Positions 24,467 to 34,779 of a stretch of 36,104 nt of DNA are shown here, piece after piece. The position numbers and the translations under genes were made by a program. Location: contig JBOZIK010000001.1 of assembly GCA_051453625.1 (NCBI GenBank), positions 2,647,206 to 2,683,309 of the forward strand. The letters run 5' to 3'. The stretch comes from Welwitschia mirabilis. Taxonomy: Eukaryota. Numbering within the stretch: the first letter of the stretch is position 1; each line of letters starts with the position of its first letter. The notes beneath the pieces were generated by a model that did no database searches, had not been told where the DNA came from, and saw only the letters and a program-made list of their open reading frames with translations.

Positions 24467-24634
24467 TGCTAAGGCTAAGTATACATCATGGTCCCACGTC
24501 TTGAAATGCATGAAAATCATAATGGTATGCTTAACCTTTTAAGCAAGCTCTCTATTGAATAATAGAAGAAGAAATACATTTTCACTTTTGGGAATTATTA
24601 TGCCTCCTGATTTTTGGATTCTTGTTTCCAAACA
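24467..24634 (+). repeat. 3' LTR of element B
   Basis: TGCTAAGG...CCAAACA, 168 bp. Confidence 0.95.
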
Positions 24635-24639
24635 TAAAC

Positions 24640-25105
24640 TTAGATAGAGGACTATCAAGTAAGATGGCCTTGGCATCATCATCATCTGCTTTAGCAGTGA
24701 TTAAATTAAGGTAAATTAGTAAAGATATAAATTGATTAATATGCTTATTCATGTCTTTATCTTCATCAATCCTTAAAACATATCATTTATTTTTTAACAT
24801 GTAGTTAGTATCTTGATCTTTTATACAAAAAAATAATTTAAGTCATTTTAATTATCTTTTGATGACTTGATTAGATTAAAATAATATAAGTAATTATCTT
24901 CAAGCATAAGATTGATTACAAAAAGAACCTTTTGATCTAGCATTTCCCATAAAAATACTTTGGATGCATCTATTTGCTTAAGTATTATGTTATTTACAAT
25001 ATTCCATACATCTTTTTAAATTAAAATATACTACATTTTAATCTTCAATAAACAGAAATTCTTTTGATTATATTTCTTTATCTTCTTTGTAATTGTATTT
25101 ATTCT
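24640..25105 (-). pseudogene. gag: N-terminal part of element C gag
   Basis: Manual translation KKYNQKNFCLLKIKM*YILI*KDVWNIV...WEMLDQK...LRIDEDKDMNKHINQFISLL...AKADDDDAKAILLDSPLSK is Copia gag. Confidence 0.85.
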
Positions 25106-26079
25106 CTTTTTTATTTCTCCAAGAAAAGAAATTTAAGCATTTAAAAATTAAGCACTACTTATGTTCACCTTGTTCAACTCAACACTCCCTCAACCCACTC
25201 CAAAAAAAATCTTTTATTACATCGTACTTTTAAAAAAATATAAGAAGGGGATAAAATATCTTTTTACAATGAAAATAAGATGAAAGTAATGAAAATACTT
25301 AAACAAAATAGGAGTAAAAAATAAAGTGGATTTGGATGCCACCCCCATAATTATTGAATCTTAGACCTGCTTCTTTTCTAGTGATGTATAATTTTATTTT
25401 ACAGATAATTATACATTAATTTCATAACTTTATTTCTTTAAAAACATACAAAGAAGGAATGTTAGAACTGATCATTTAAAAAACAAGGGATTACAATCAA
25501 ATTCTAAACTTTGGCCAAAGAAAAAAATGAGAAATACCACCATCATGAAATACTCTAAGGTATTCATGAATTCAAAGAAATAGTACTACAAAGGCATAAT
25601 TAATGAATATGAACCAATGTCCTTATGTTAGAGAATCCAAAATTCTATAAGCGATGAAGCTAAATTTTATGTTTTAGTAAAGTTCTTACATTTTTTAAAT
25701 TAATGTTAGGTAGATTGTGAATTATTCACCTACATTGATGTCTTAGAAGAAAGTGTATAGTTTTATAGGCCTATGCTATGGTCTAAGATATCTCCTTTCT
25801 TTTTATTGTTTCATTTCTTCTACTTCTTTTGTCTAAGAACAAACAACGTCAATTCCAATGCCTATAAACTTCTTGCATCATTTTCTTTTTATTGATTTTC
25901 ATGATTATTCTCTTCTACTCTTAATCTCTCTCCAAGATATCATTATACTAATTTGACAAGTGATTGAACCATCTTTTAATCAAATAGTTTTATAGTTTCT
26001 AGATTCCTTGATCGCAGAGGTTTAAAGAAAGAATCATAATAGGGAAAAATGGATTAGTAGTTATGAATTGAAAAGTTAT

Positions 26080-26389
26080 AAGACTAGGTTTTCATGTATG
26101 GATGAAGAGCCCAATAAAACAAGGATTTAACACTAATTGAAATTTTTAAAAATGTAATGAAAGAATGAATAGAAGAGTTTTAGTTTGAATAAATATGCTT
26201 TTCTGAAAGTTTATTTATGCCTATATAAATAAGCTACATAATGGATAAATGAGAAAATTTGAAAAGGGATGAAAGGGTATGAGAGAAGAAAGTGAGATAT
26301 AGAGAAAATAATAGAAGTGATAAATAAAATAGATTGTTTACAACCACTTATTAAAAATCTAAAAGTTACAAAATCAAACAATTATAATA
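26080..26389 (-). repeat. 5' LTR of element C (left edge approximate)
   Basis: Homologous to 17865-18227; terminal CA decayed to TA; PBS not recognisable. Confidence 0.68.
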
Positions 26390-26562
26390 GAAATTTCATA
26401 GGCTAAAGAAAAGAGTATAAAGAAAGGCTACCACATCTTCTATGATCTTGTATGATGCTATGATTTAGAATATGTTGCATGGATCTAGAATGATTTACAA
26501 ATAAAAGTAGAGTACATCTTATAAATCAATGTTATAATTATTATGAATAAAGATGCAAAGCT

Positions 26563-26911
26563 TATTGGAAATATAAAACTTACTCTTATAATTATTATGA
26601 AGAAAACTAGTTGTTGAGTTTTTAGTTAAGTCAAGGTGTGGAAATGTTTACTTTTTTCATTTAATGTCTAGAAGATTTTGATTTTTTTATTGGGGTTTCA
26701 TTAGTTGAAGGCTTGTGTAACTTAAGTTAGAGTTATGTTTGATTACTTAGGTATTAATAAATCTTTTTCATGTAAACACTTATGTTAATTATTTTATTTA
26801 TAGTGCATATGTAAATTGATTTACAAATAAAAAGAATTTAAGAAGATTTTTTGTTTTTCATTTTATATTCTTTTCTTTTTTCATTCTTTACTCACACTTG
26901 TGCTACTAACA
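26563..26911 (+). repeat. 5' LTR of element E
   Basis: Ends TGCTACTAACA; 3' two-thirds align with 29500-29733; start approximate. Confidence 0.75.
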
Positions 26912-26913
26912 TC

Positions 26914-26925
26914 TAGTATCATATC
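26914..26925 (+). promoter_or_regulatory. tRNA-Met(i) PBS, decayed
   Basis: TAGTATCATATC versus TGGTATCAGAGC, 2 nt after the LTR. Confidence 0.7.
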
Positions 26926-26973
26926 CATGGCAAAGTTATAAGTTGTTGCTTAGGCTTGTGCAAGTTCAAGTTC

Positions 26974-29347
26974 ATGGATTTAATCCACAACTTTTAATGG
27001 AAAATACTATGGAATATGAAGCATAAAAATCAAGACCATCTTCATATTGATGGACTTATGGATAATAGTTCATTATGGGCTTTGATTCTGAAGGTCCAAA
27101 TCATGTGCCCATAGTTACCAATAATCAAAAGAAAATTGTGGGAGGAAACATGAAATGATGCAAAGGCAACGAGTTTGATGTATATTGTAGCATCAAATAA
27201 TAATTTTTCTCAAATAGCAATAGAGAAATAGCCAAAAAGGCTTGAAGAAAGCATAAGAAGCCTCTAAGAAGACAAAAATGATGAGATTTCAATTTTACAA
27301 AGGGAGTTTAAATCTACCATGATGAAGAAAGTAAAGACAATTTTAGAATTCTTTGCAATAGTATTTAATATAATAAACTAGATTAAAGCTATTACTAAAG
27401 AGGTGGAAGAGAAAAGAGCGGTACAAAAGATTTTAAAAAGTTTAACAATCAAGTTTAATATCAAGATGACTATAATTAAAGCAACAAAGGATATGTTAAA
27501 ATCGAGGGTAGAAGAACCTATACGCTTTCTTAAAAATCATGAATAGAGTTTTAGTCATTCATTAATTCCATCGAAGAAAGCCTCTGAAAGCTGAGACAGT
27601 GTAAGAGAATAACAATGTTAATAAAATGGTAAAGGCCATGATAGAGGAATATCAAAAAAGAACTTTAGTGAAGGAAATCAAAAGCAAGGTACTAAAGGAA
27701 GAGTATGTAAGAGACAAGTAGGACGATTTGAAATATCAAGCAATAAAAATAAGCAAAGAAATAACCGATTTCATATTTATTGCTATGAATGTAATAAATA
27801 TTGAAACTATGCAACAGATTATCCCAAAAGTGTACATGTTTTTAAAGATGCAAATTTTCATGTCTTTTTCTTAGCACTATCAAAGGGAAATAACACATAA
27901 AAGATGAAGTTTGGTTGTAGGATAGTGGCTGTAACAACAACATAATAGGAAAAAAGAAGTATTTTTCAATGCTAAATGGAAGTTTAAAGTTAGAAATAAT
28001 ATTGGGTAATAATAACAAAGTCCCAATTAAAGGGAAGGATGTGGTTACTTTCAATTGAAAAAACTAGGGTAGAGATGTTAATAATGTTTGTTATGATCTT
28101 ATAATAAATTATTTTTAACTATAAAAGAATTAAATAAAAATGAACATAAAGTAATTTTTTATGCTTATATTTCTTAGATAATACAGAAGGCCACAAACGA
28201 GGTGGTTTCTTGTGCTAAGATAAAAATGAATAGAATGTTTCCAATACATTTATAGAATGTTGTCTTTGCTAGTTATAGTAATAGAGGGAATACTAGCTTG
28301 CTTGAGCATTTCAATTAACATTTTAAACACATAAACATTGGAATCTTGAAACTAATAAAGAAACTCAACATGGTTAAGTGGTTTCCACCTTTTTCAAATG
28401 GAAAATTTACCTATGAGTCTTGCATCTTTGGAAAGATAGAAAAAATGCATTACCTAGTGGAAAGTCTTAGAGGGCCAAAGTACCATTGAAGCTAGTACAC
28501 TTAAATTTATATGAACCTATGAGAACTCCCATCATTGGAGAAAATGAATTAATATAAAGGCATGTAGAACAAATCAAGATGGTGAGTATATTTGAGAGGG
28601 GATCTTAAAGTTTTGCAAAGATCATGAAATTAAAAAGAAGTTCACTTTAAGAATGACATTCCAACATAGTGAAGTTGTGAAAAGGACAACCATTACATTC
28701 AAAAATGTATCAAATGAATGCTAAGAACAAAAGGATGCCTAATGAATTTTGGATAAAGTCAATCCATACATTAGTTTTTCCATAGAATACAACACTGATA
28801 GAAGTGAATATCAAACATCAAAAAGAATTTTGTAGGGATGAGAAACTACTCATATGAAATTTTAAAATATTTGGTTGCATAATTTATGCTTATATTACCA
28901 AAAAAAAAAAAGAAAAAGAAAGTAAAAAGATAAGGTATAAAAATGCTTTTTTATTGGTTATTTTAAAAGATAAATAACTTATAAATTATATAGTTCTATT
29001 AAATAAATCATTGTTTTAGTAGAGATTTTTTTATAAAGCATGATTCTTGGAATTTCATAGAGCAAAAGAAATAAGTAGTAAGTAAATTTATCTTTAACAG
29101 AGCTATGGTTAGTTAACAAAGTGAAGATATTTCTAAAAACCAACATCATCCTACATCAACATCCTCATCAATCCTACATGATATTCTATCAATCTCTATA
29201 AATTTAAATGTTTGGTAGAAAATAAGAAATCTTCAAAAGATTTACCAACAAAAATATGATGAAGATAGTGCATGTAACTATTATACTTTATCATGCATAA
29301 CAGGTCCAATACATTTGTAGGTTATAGATATTTTCATCAAGCCTTAA
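26974..29347 (+). pseudogene. gag-pol: Copia gag-protease-integrase remnant fused to the RNaseH C-terminus
   Basis: FNGKYYGI*SIKIKTIF..DLW; REFKSTMMK...VQKILKSLTIKF; CYECNKY; VWL*DSGCNNNIIG; ESCIFGK; RAKVPLKLVH; RTNQDGEY; IFGCIIYAYI; CFFIGY; then IDIFIKP* (cf. ADIFTKPL) at 29324-29347. Confidence 0.9.
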
Positions 29348-29415
29348 GTAAAAATTAAAATTTTTCAATTTGGAAGATGACTGGAATTAGAGAAGATTAA
29401 TCTTCATGAGGCATT

Positions 29416-29733
29416 TATTAGAAATAATAAAAATGTAAAAACTTAACTTTTAATATATTAAAGTTAATAAAAATTAATTTATATCTATTAAATTTCAAAA
29501 AACTTAGGGATTTTTACTAAGTTTTTATTAGTTGAAGGTTTGTGTTAAGCTATAACTTATATTTGATTGCTTGGCTATTAAGCAATCTTTATCATATAAA
29601 CAAGTTTATTATTGATTTTATTCATAGAGCATGTGTAAACTAATTTTTAAATAAAGAGAATTAAAAAAGTTTTCTAGTTTTCATTTTTTATTTTTTCATT
29701 TTTTATCTTTTACTAATGCTTCTGCTACTAATA
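29416..29733 (+). repeat. 3' LTR of element E
   Basis: Homologous to 26563-26911; both termini decayed (TG>TA, CA>TA). Confidence 0.75.
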
Positions 29734-29972
29734 AATGTATCATTTATCCATCCTTGATCAAGCCTTCATAACAATAAAGACAAACTCTTTTTACATCCAT
29801 TATGCAATAAGAGAGTACTCATGGCTTGAGTTTAATTATTTGTTCATTCTCCTCTCATATTTTTCAAGTCTAAATTTCCTCCCAAAACATCAAGAAGAAA
29901 TAGTTCTTTGAGAAATCTCTTTATTTCACAAGATATAAAATCACATGGCTAGGCTTAAAGAATAGTACATAC

Positions 29973-30809
29973 TGAAAGTAGAGGATCGACCCTAAAGAGG
30001 GGTGAATAGATCTTTAAAAACCAATTTTCTTATTCTTCACAACCTACAAATAAGACAAGTAGAAAAGCAATAAGATATTCATTAGTGGGTAGACACCACC
30101 CTTTAGCTTCTTAGACTCCTTGTCCTTGGTTGACATATATTAGCTTTCAATAATGATTTTCAAGCTCATCAAATAACCTTTCAAAACCACAAAGGATTTT
30201 ATGGCTTATCCTCAACCACAGATGAATGAAAGAAAGAAGAATGCACAAATGCATAGATATTTTCTCAAAGGTACAGTAATCTCTTCTTCTAAGTAGGTAT
30301 AATGATAGATTCAATTAGAAATCTAAACTTAAAGCTAGCTCAGATCCAATACCAAAAGAGTATGACAGTTCTTCTTTTTCAATCTCAAATTTTTACAAGA
30401 AAGATTTATTGCCTCTTTTGATTAGAGGAGAGCTTAAATACTAAAGATGCACAAGGTAACTGTTTTATTAGGATGAAGTGAACCATTGCGCTTTTAATAA
30501 ACTGTTTTGTTCTTTTTGATGAACCGTTGAAATCATAATGGTTACATCTTTTCTTCCTGATGTGTCAGCTCGGTCGTCCGGTATGACACACTCGGTCCCC
30601 CGTTCTTCAATAGGTCATTTTCTTAATCTGTATCAGTCCAGTCGGCCGATGTTATGTGTGCAGTCACCTGATTCTGAAGCAGTGTCATAGTTCTTTAACA
30701 GGCCGGTCGTCCGGTCTTAGGAGTCGGTTGCCCAGTGTTAGGAAATCTCTGCACAATGGACTAACTACAAAAACTCATTAAATTAATTAATGACAATGGG
30801 TTTTCAACA
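29973..30809 (-). mobile_element. Sirevirus (SIRE/Maximus Copia) LTR, apparently solo
   Basis: TGAAAG...CCCTAAAGAGGGGTGAATAG is the reverse complement of the Sirevirus C-rich LTR end signal; CGGTCGNCCG-type motifs; ends TTTCAACA; right part homologous to 32716-32877; no PBS or PPT adjacent. Confidence 0.8.
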
Positions 30810-31753
30810 GATAGATCCATATAGATCTTTGTGAAGGGAACCCAAATGTTAATGTTTAAGTTGACTTGAGTGCATAAGGTCAAGGCTGACTTCTTATAGC
30901 TAAGAGTAAAATATAGTCTCATATGTTAATAACACCTATTGGGAACGTGCTTTATATGTATGCAAGAGATAGTGATGCAAGGACACCCTCTTATGAAAAA
31001 ATAGTAGTGTGGCTTTAATAGGCATCAGTAAAGTCAATGATGCTTCATTTAGTGGGAATAAATTCTATTCAATGAGTAAAATATCAGTAAATTAAAATGT
31101 CAACAAACTTAAAAAGTCATGTAGCAAAGACATGTTGCCATTTTGCCAGTAATATGTTAGAAAAAAATGTTGACAAAACTTTTTGGAAAAAAATGCAAAG
31201 CTTATTAATCTTATGATATATGCATCAATCAATACTAGAAAATGTTAAGAATAAGCATTTTAAAAAGCATTTGCCATAGATATAATTAACATATTATTTT
31301 CAATATTACTTATATTACATTAAACATGATAGTGCCAATAATTCAACATGAAGAGTATGTTTGCAAGAAAGAACATGAAGCGTAATCAACCTATGGCTTT
31401 CAAGACATTAGTACATGCTCCTTCTCTCATAACCTTCATCTTCCTCTTATAATCACATGCCTCTGTGAATTCATGTGGTGTCTCCTCTCTAGATGCAGTA
31501 GTGTTTTTAGCATACTCCTCAAGTTTTAAGGGCTCCTCCTTAGTAAATAGGTCATCATAACTAGGAACAAATTATGCATCATCTCTAGCCATCTGTATCT
31601 TCTCCTCTACTAAGGAATCCTCAACATTGGATTCATCATCCATAACCATGCCATCCATATAATCCAAAAGCTCTCAAGTTATAAAACAAGATGTTGTCCC
31701 TTCCTTTGAATGGATGTCTGACTGCTCTAAGGATGTGCATGTATAATAGGTCA

Positions 31754-32261
31754 TCATTCACATAAGGCCACTATAGTAACATGTTCTAGAGGTGTTTCTA
31801 CTTGCATAGAATGTTTATGAGGTGGAAAAGGCTTAATTACATCCTCTATAACCACCATGAACCACTTGGAGAGAGGGTCTACAAAATAAATGTTGTCGAG
31901 ATCGATCCCATCTCCCTTTAGACATTTGTAGAAGCTACTAGCCATCAACACCTCTTTATACTTCAACTTAAGTTGTAGTGCATGAAGACAAGATCATTTA
32001 ACCTCTTTATAGTAAGTCTATTTCATTTCTTAGAGTGGATATGCTCAAACACACTTTAATTTCTTTCACATCCTACATTGATAAATAATTGTATCTGTGA
32101 CTGTCTACATAAATAAATGAATTAAATAAGGAAATGAAAAATTATTAAAATGACACATTAAATCATTAACTAACCTGAAGCACTACAAGATTAAGTTAAA
32201 ATTCTAATGGCTAGTTGCTGCATCTTGGGAACATTTCTACCATATGTAAGACACAAATCCT
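31754..32261 (-). pseudogene. hAT-family transposase C-terminal dimerisation domain remnant with a spliceosomal intron
   Basis: Exon 32175-32261 DLCLTYGRNVPKMQQLAIRILT*SCSAS; GT-AG intron 32073-32174; next exon GCERN*SVFEHIHSKK*NRLTIKRLNDLVFMHYNL, then DGIDLDNIYFVDPLSKW. Confidence 0.88.
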
Positions 32262-32484
32262 CTATAAATTCAAGTTAGTAGAATGTATCATTGCAAATGT
32301 CAAATGGATAATAGGTAATAAATTCTATTTTAAATAATTAACTAAATTAACTGACATAAAAAAATAAAAACTTAAGATTACAAANNNNNNNNNNNNNNNN
32401 NNNNNNNNNNNNNNNNNNNNNNNNNNNNNNNNNNNNNNNNNNNNNNNNNNNNNNNNNNNNNNNNNNNNNNNNNNNNNNNNNNNN

Positions 32485-32877
32485 AATTATATCCTTCGGT
32501 TACTATTAAATTCACCAGATTCAGGCTTTATTGATTGTCATGCAGTCACCGTCTAAATTTAGTTGGTCACTTATTCTGTTATTAGACTAAATTTTGTAGA
32601 TTGTAATGTGGTCACCTGTGTCTATTCGATTACTTATGTTTACCCTAGTTCTTACACATAGGCTCAAACAGGGTCACCCAAATAAGAGTTTTCGGTTACC
32701 CATTTTTGAACCGGTCTTCTTCCTGATGTGTCAGCTCGGTTACCCAGTATGATGCACTCGGTCACCCGATTCTGAAGCAGTATCATAGTTCTTTAACAGA
32801 TCAGTCACTCAGTCTTTGCATAATGAACTAACTACAAAAAACTCGTTAAATTAATTAATGATAATAGATTCTCAACA
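32485..32877 (-). repeat. Partial 3' LTR of the Sirevirus element
   Basis: Ends CTCAACA; TTCTTCCTGATGTGTCAGCTCGGT, GATTCTGAAGCAGT and CTAACTACAAAAA shared with 30551-30809; repeated GGTCACC motifs. Confidence 0.85.
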
Positions 32878-32889
32878 AACTTCCCCTTT
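32878..32889 (-). promoter_or_regulatory. Proximal PPT of the Sirevirus element
   Basis: Minus strand AAAGGGGAAGTT|TGTTGAG; further PPT-like tracts near 32928 and 33122; TTGTCATTGATT forms an inverted-repeat arm with the LTR, as is typical of Sireviruses. Confidence 0.85.
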
Positions 32890-33196
32890 GTCATTGATTG
32901 AGAAAAACTAATAATTTGATATATGAGTTCTCCTCCTAACTCATTTAACTTCAAAATCAATTAAATTTAAACAAGTTTTGCATGAAAGTAAGTTAGTAAA
33001 GATTAAAGGGAAAAAGAATTCTTTGTATCACTCAAAAAAATTGCATTACATCATGAAAGGTGCATTTTTGCGTATACAATACAAAGAAGCGATAATATGT
33101 GACAACATGAATATAAATTAGTCTCTCCCTTTTTTACGAAATTAAGGATAAGAAGTACAACTAAAGATAAGAAGATAAAGAAAAAGATACATAGAC

Positions 33197-34186
33197 TTAA
33201 TCAGATTCAGAGGACTCAGAAGATTGAGTACCCTCACTCTGAGAGGTGTCAGCGGCTAGAGTACCACTAGCAATAAGTACCTACTTAATGTGACAAGTCC
33301 ATGAATTGTTATGATGCAAGAGATGAAGGATCTCTGAGGTCTAAGAAACCTTGAACTTAGGCCTAGAAGGAGTGGCTGCTTCTTCAAAAATATGCATCCT
33401 AGATAAAATAGCATGATTAATAGATCCCATGGGCTTTTAGATCTCCTGCCTAGTCAGATGAGGAATGTCGAAGTAATGATAAATCCACATAATGAGGAAA
33501 GGGTAGGGTAGGACACGTCTCTTGTGCAGCTAAAGCTGGTTGGCCATGTGCTTGAGCATGATCTCAGGAGCATCAATGTTTCTTCTCCTATCCAGCACAT
33601 AAAGTAGAAAGACTTGATAGTTAGAGAGCTCATCTATATATCCAACAACTAATATAAAGTTGTATGATATTATGATGTGCAATAGAAAAAATCTTGGAAG
33701 AAGCTAGGAAGCTTTGAGTATCTTCTTCCAAGTGATGTAAGTGCCACATACATGATGAGTGGTTACATCCTATTCCTTAAATGATTTAGCCATAAGCTAG
33801 CACTCACCTCAGTTCCCTTTAGGAAGTTCAGTGAGAGAAGCTACGAGATCTACAATGATGTACATTTCTTAACCAAAGAATAAAATAATAAAAGTGAATT
33901 AAGAGGCATTATATCTAGCATTTGAATAAAATAACCTAGTTACCAAAGGGTAAAAAGTACTAGAGATATGCAGAAAATATCCCTAGTTGACCTCTTCTAG
34001 TAAAGTATGAACCTTACTCAGGCTTAAAAATTGCATGGGCTTACAGATTCTTTCTAAGGCTATTAGACTAGTCTCAAAATGCCTCAGTTGCTCAATGTTC
34101 ATCTCGGAGAATACATAGCTTGGAGGTTTGACAGCTGCCTTCTTTTTTCTCTTTCTAGATCCCTCTCTTGATTGTGGAGATGTCAT
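33197..34186 (-). pseudogene. env: Sirevirus env-like ORF, interrupted by stops
   Basis: Begins with ORF MTSPQSREGSRKRKK..., continues past stops through FYPLVTRLFYSN and LPYPFLIMWIYHYF to SESSESD*; located between pol and the PPT. Confidence 0.75.
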
Positions 34187-34329
34187 TTTAAGCCCAGATT
34201 TGAGAGAAAAAATGTGGAAAAATTTAAAGAGGACCCCCTAAAAGCTCAAAAAACAATAGATGAAGAGAAAACAATGAAGAAAAAGACAAAGGGCATGCAA
34301 ATTTAAAAAATTCGTAGCACAGTGTCTTA

Positions 34330-34702
34330 AATGCAGGCAACCGATTGTAAGATCGGTTGATCTATGTAAAGATTTAAAAATCTAAATAGTAAGGTGATGG
34401 TTAACCTAAATACGTAAGTGGTCGACCTTGTGAGATAAGAATCTGACAGTCGAAACCAAATCAAACTCAGTCGACCTAGAAGTAAGGTGAGGTTGACCTA
34501 ATGTAACTAGAAACAATGCTTAAAGAGATCAACTGGATTAAACTATTCAGTCGACCTAGTTACTATAAGATACTATAGGAAAAAATGGGACTAGATTGGT
34601 CAACCAAATGATATGGTTGATCGACCCAGTAAGAAAAAAAGTCTAACAGTAAGAAAAACTGAAGTATAAGCAGTTGCCCTACTTTAAAAAATGGTCGATC
34701 GG
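34330..34702. repeat. Array of decayed GGTCGACC palindromes between pol and the env-like ORF
   Basis: GGTTAACC 34399, GGTCGACC 34420, AGTCGACC 34469 and 34549, GGTTGACC 34491, GGTCAACC 34598, GGTCGATC 34693. Confidence 0.75.
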
Positions 34703-34779
34703 GGTTCAAACTTATATGACAATTAAAAATTTAAATCCCCTAGTTAAATTTTATTATTTAGATGAGGCTGGGTTTGGTA

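Larger units (their letters stand above)
18679..24634 (+). mobile_element. Non-autonomous Ty1/Copia LTR retrotransposon with short LTRs and a long leader (element B)
   Basis: 168-bp LTR pair (25 mismatches, no gaps by manual alignment); TSD CAAAC/TAAAC; Met-i PBS; PPT; gag, protease and RT-start remnants; integrase and most of RT/RH absent. Confidence 0.93.
17865..26389 (-). mobile_element. Gag-only non-autonomous Copia LTR element (element C), interrupted by element B
   Basis: Diverged direct repeats ~17865-18227 and ~26080-26389; PPT next to the left LTR; gag reading frame continues across the B insertion. Left edges of both LTRs are approximate. Confidence 0.72.
26563..29733 (+). mobile_element. 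RT/RNaseH-deleted Ty1/Copia element (element E)
   Basis: Diverged LTRs ~26563-26911 and ~29416-29733 (shared ATTAGTTGAAGG.TTGTGT and TGCTACTAA(C/T)A ends); PBS; gag-PR-IN remnants. TSD not clean. Confidence 0.85.

Noticed and set aside
27842..28054. Minus-strand 70-aa ORF
   Set aside because: Antisense shadow of the plus-strand protease remnant of element E.
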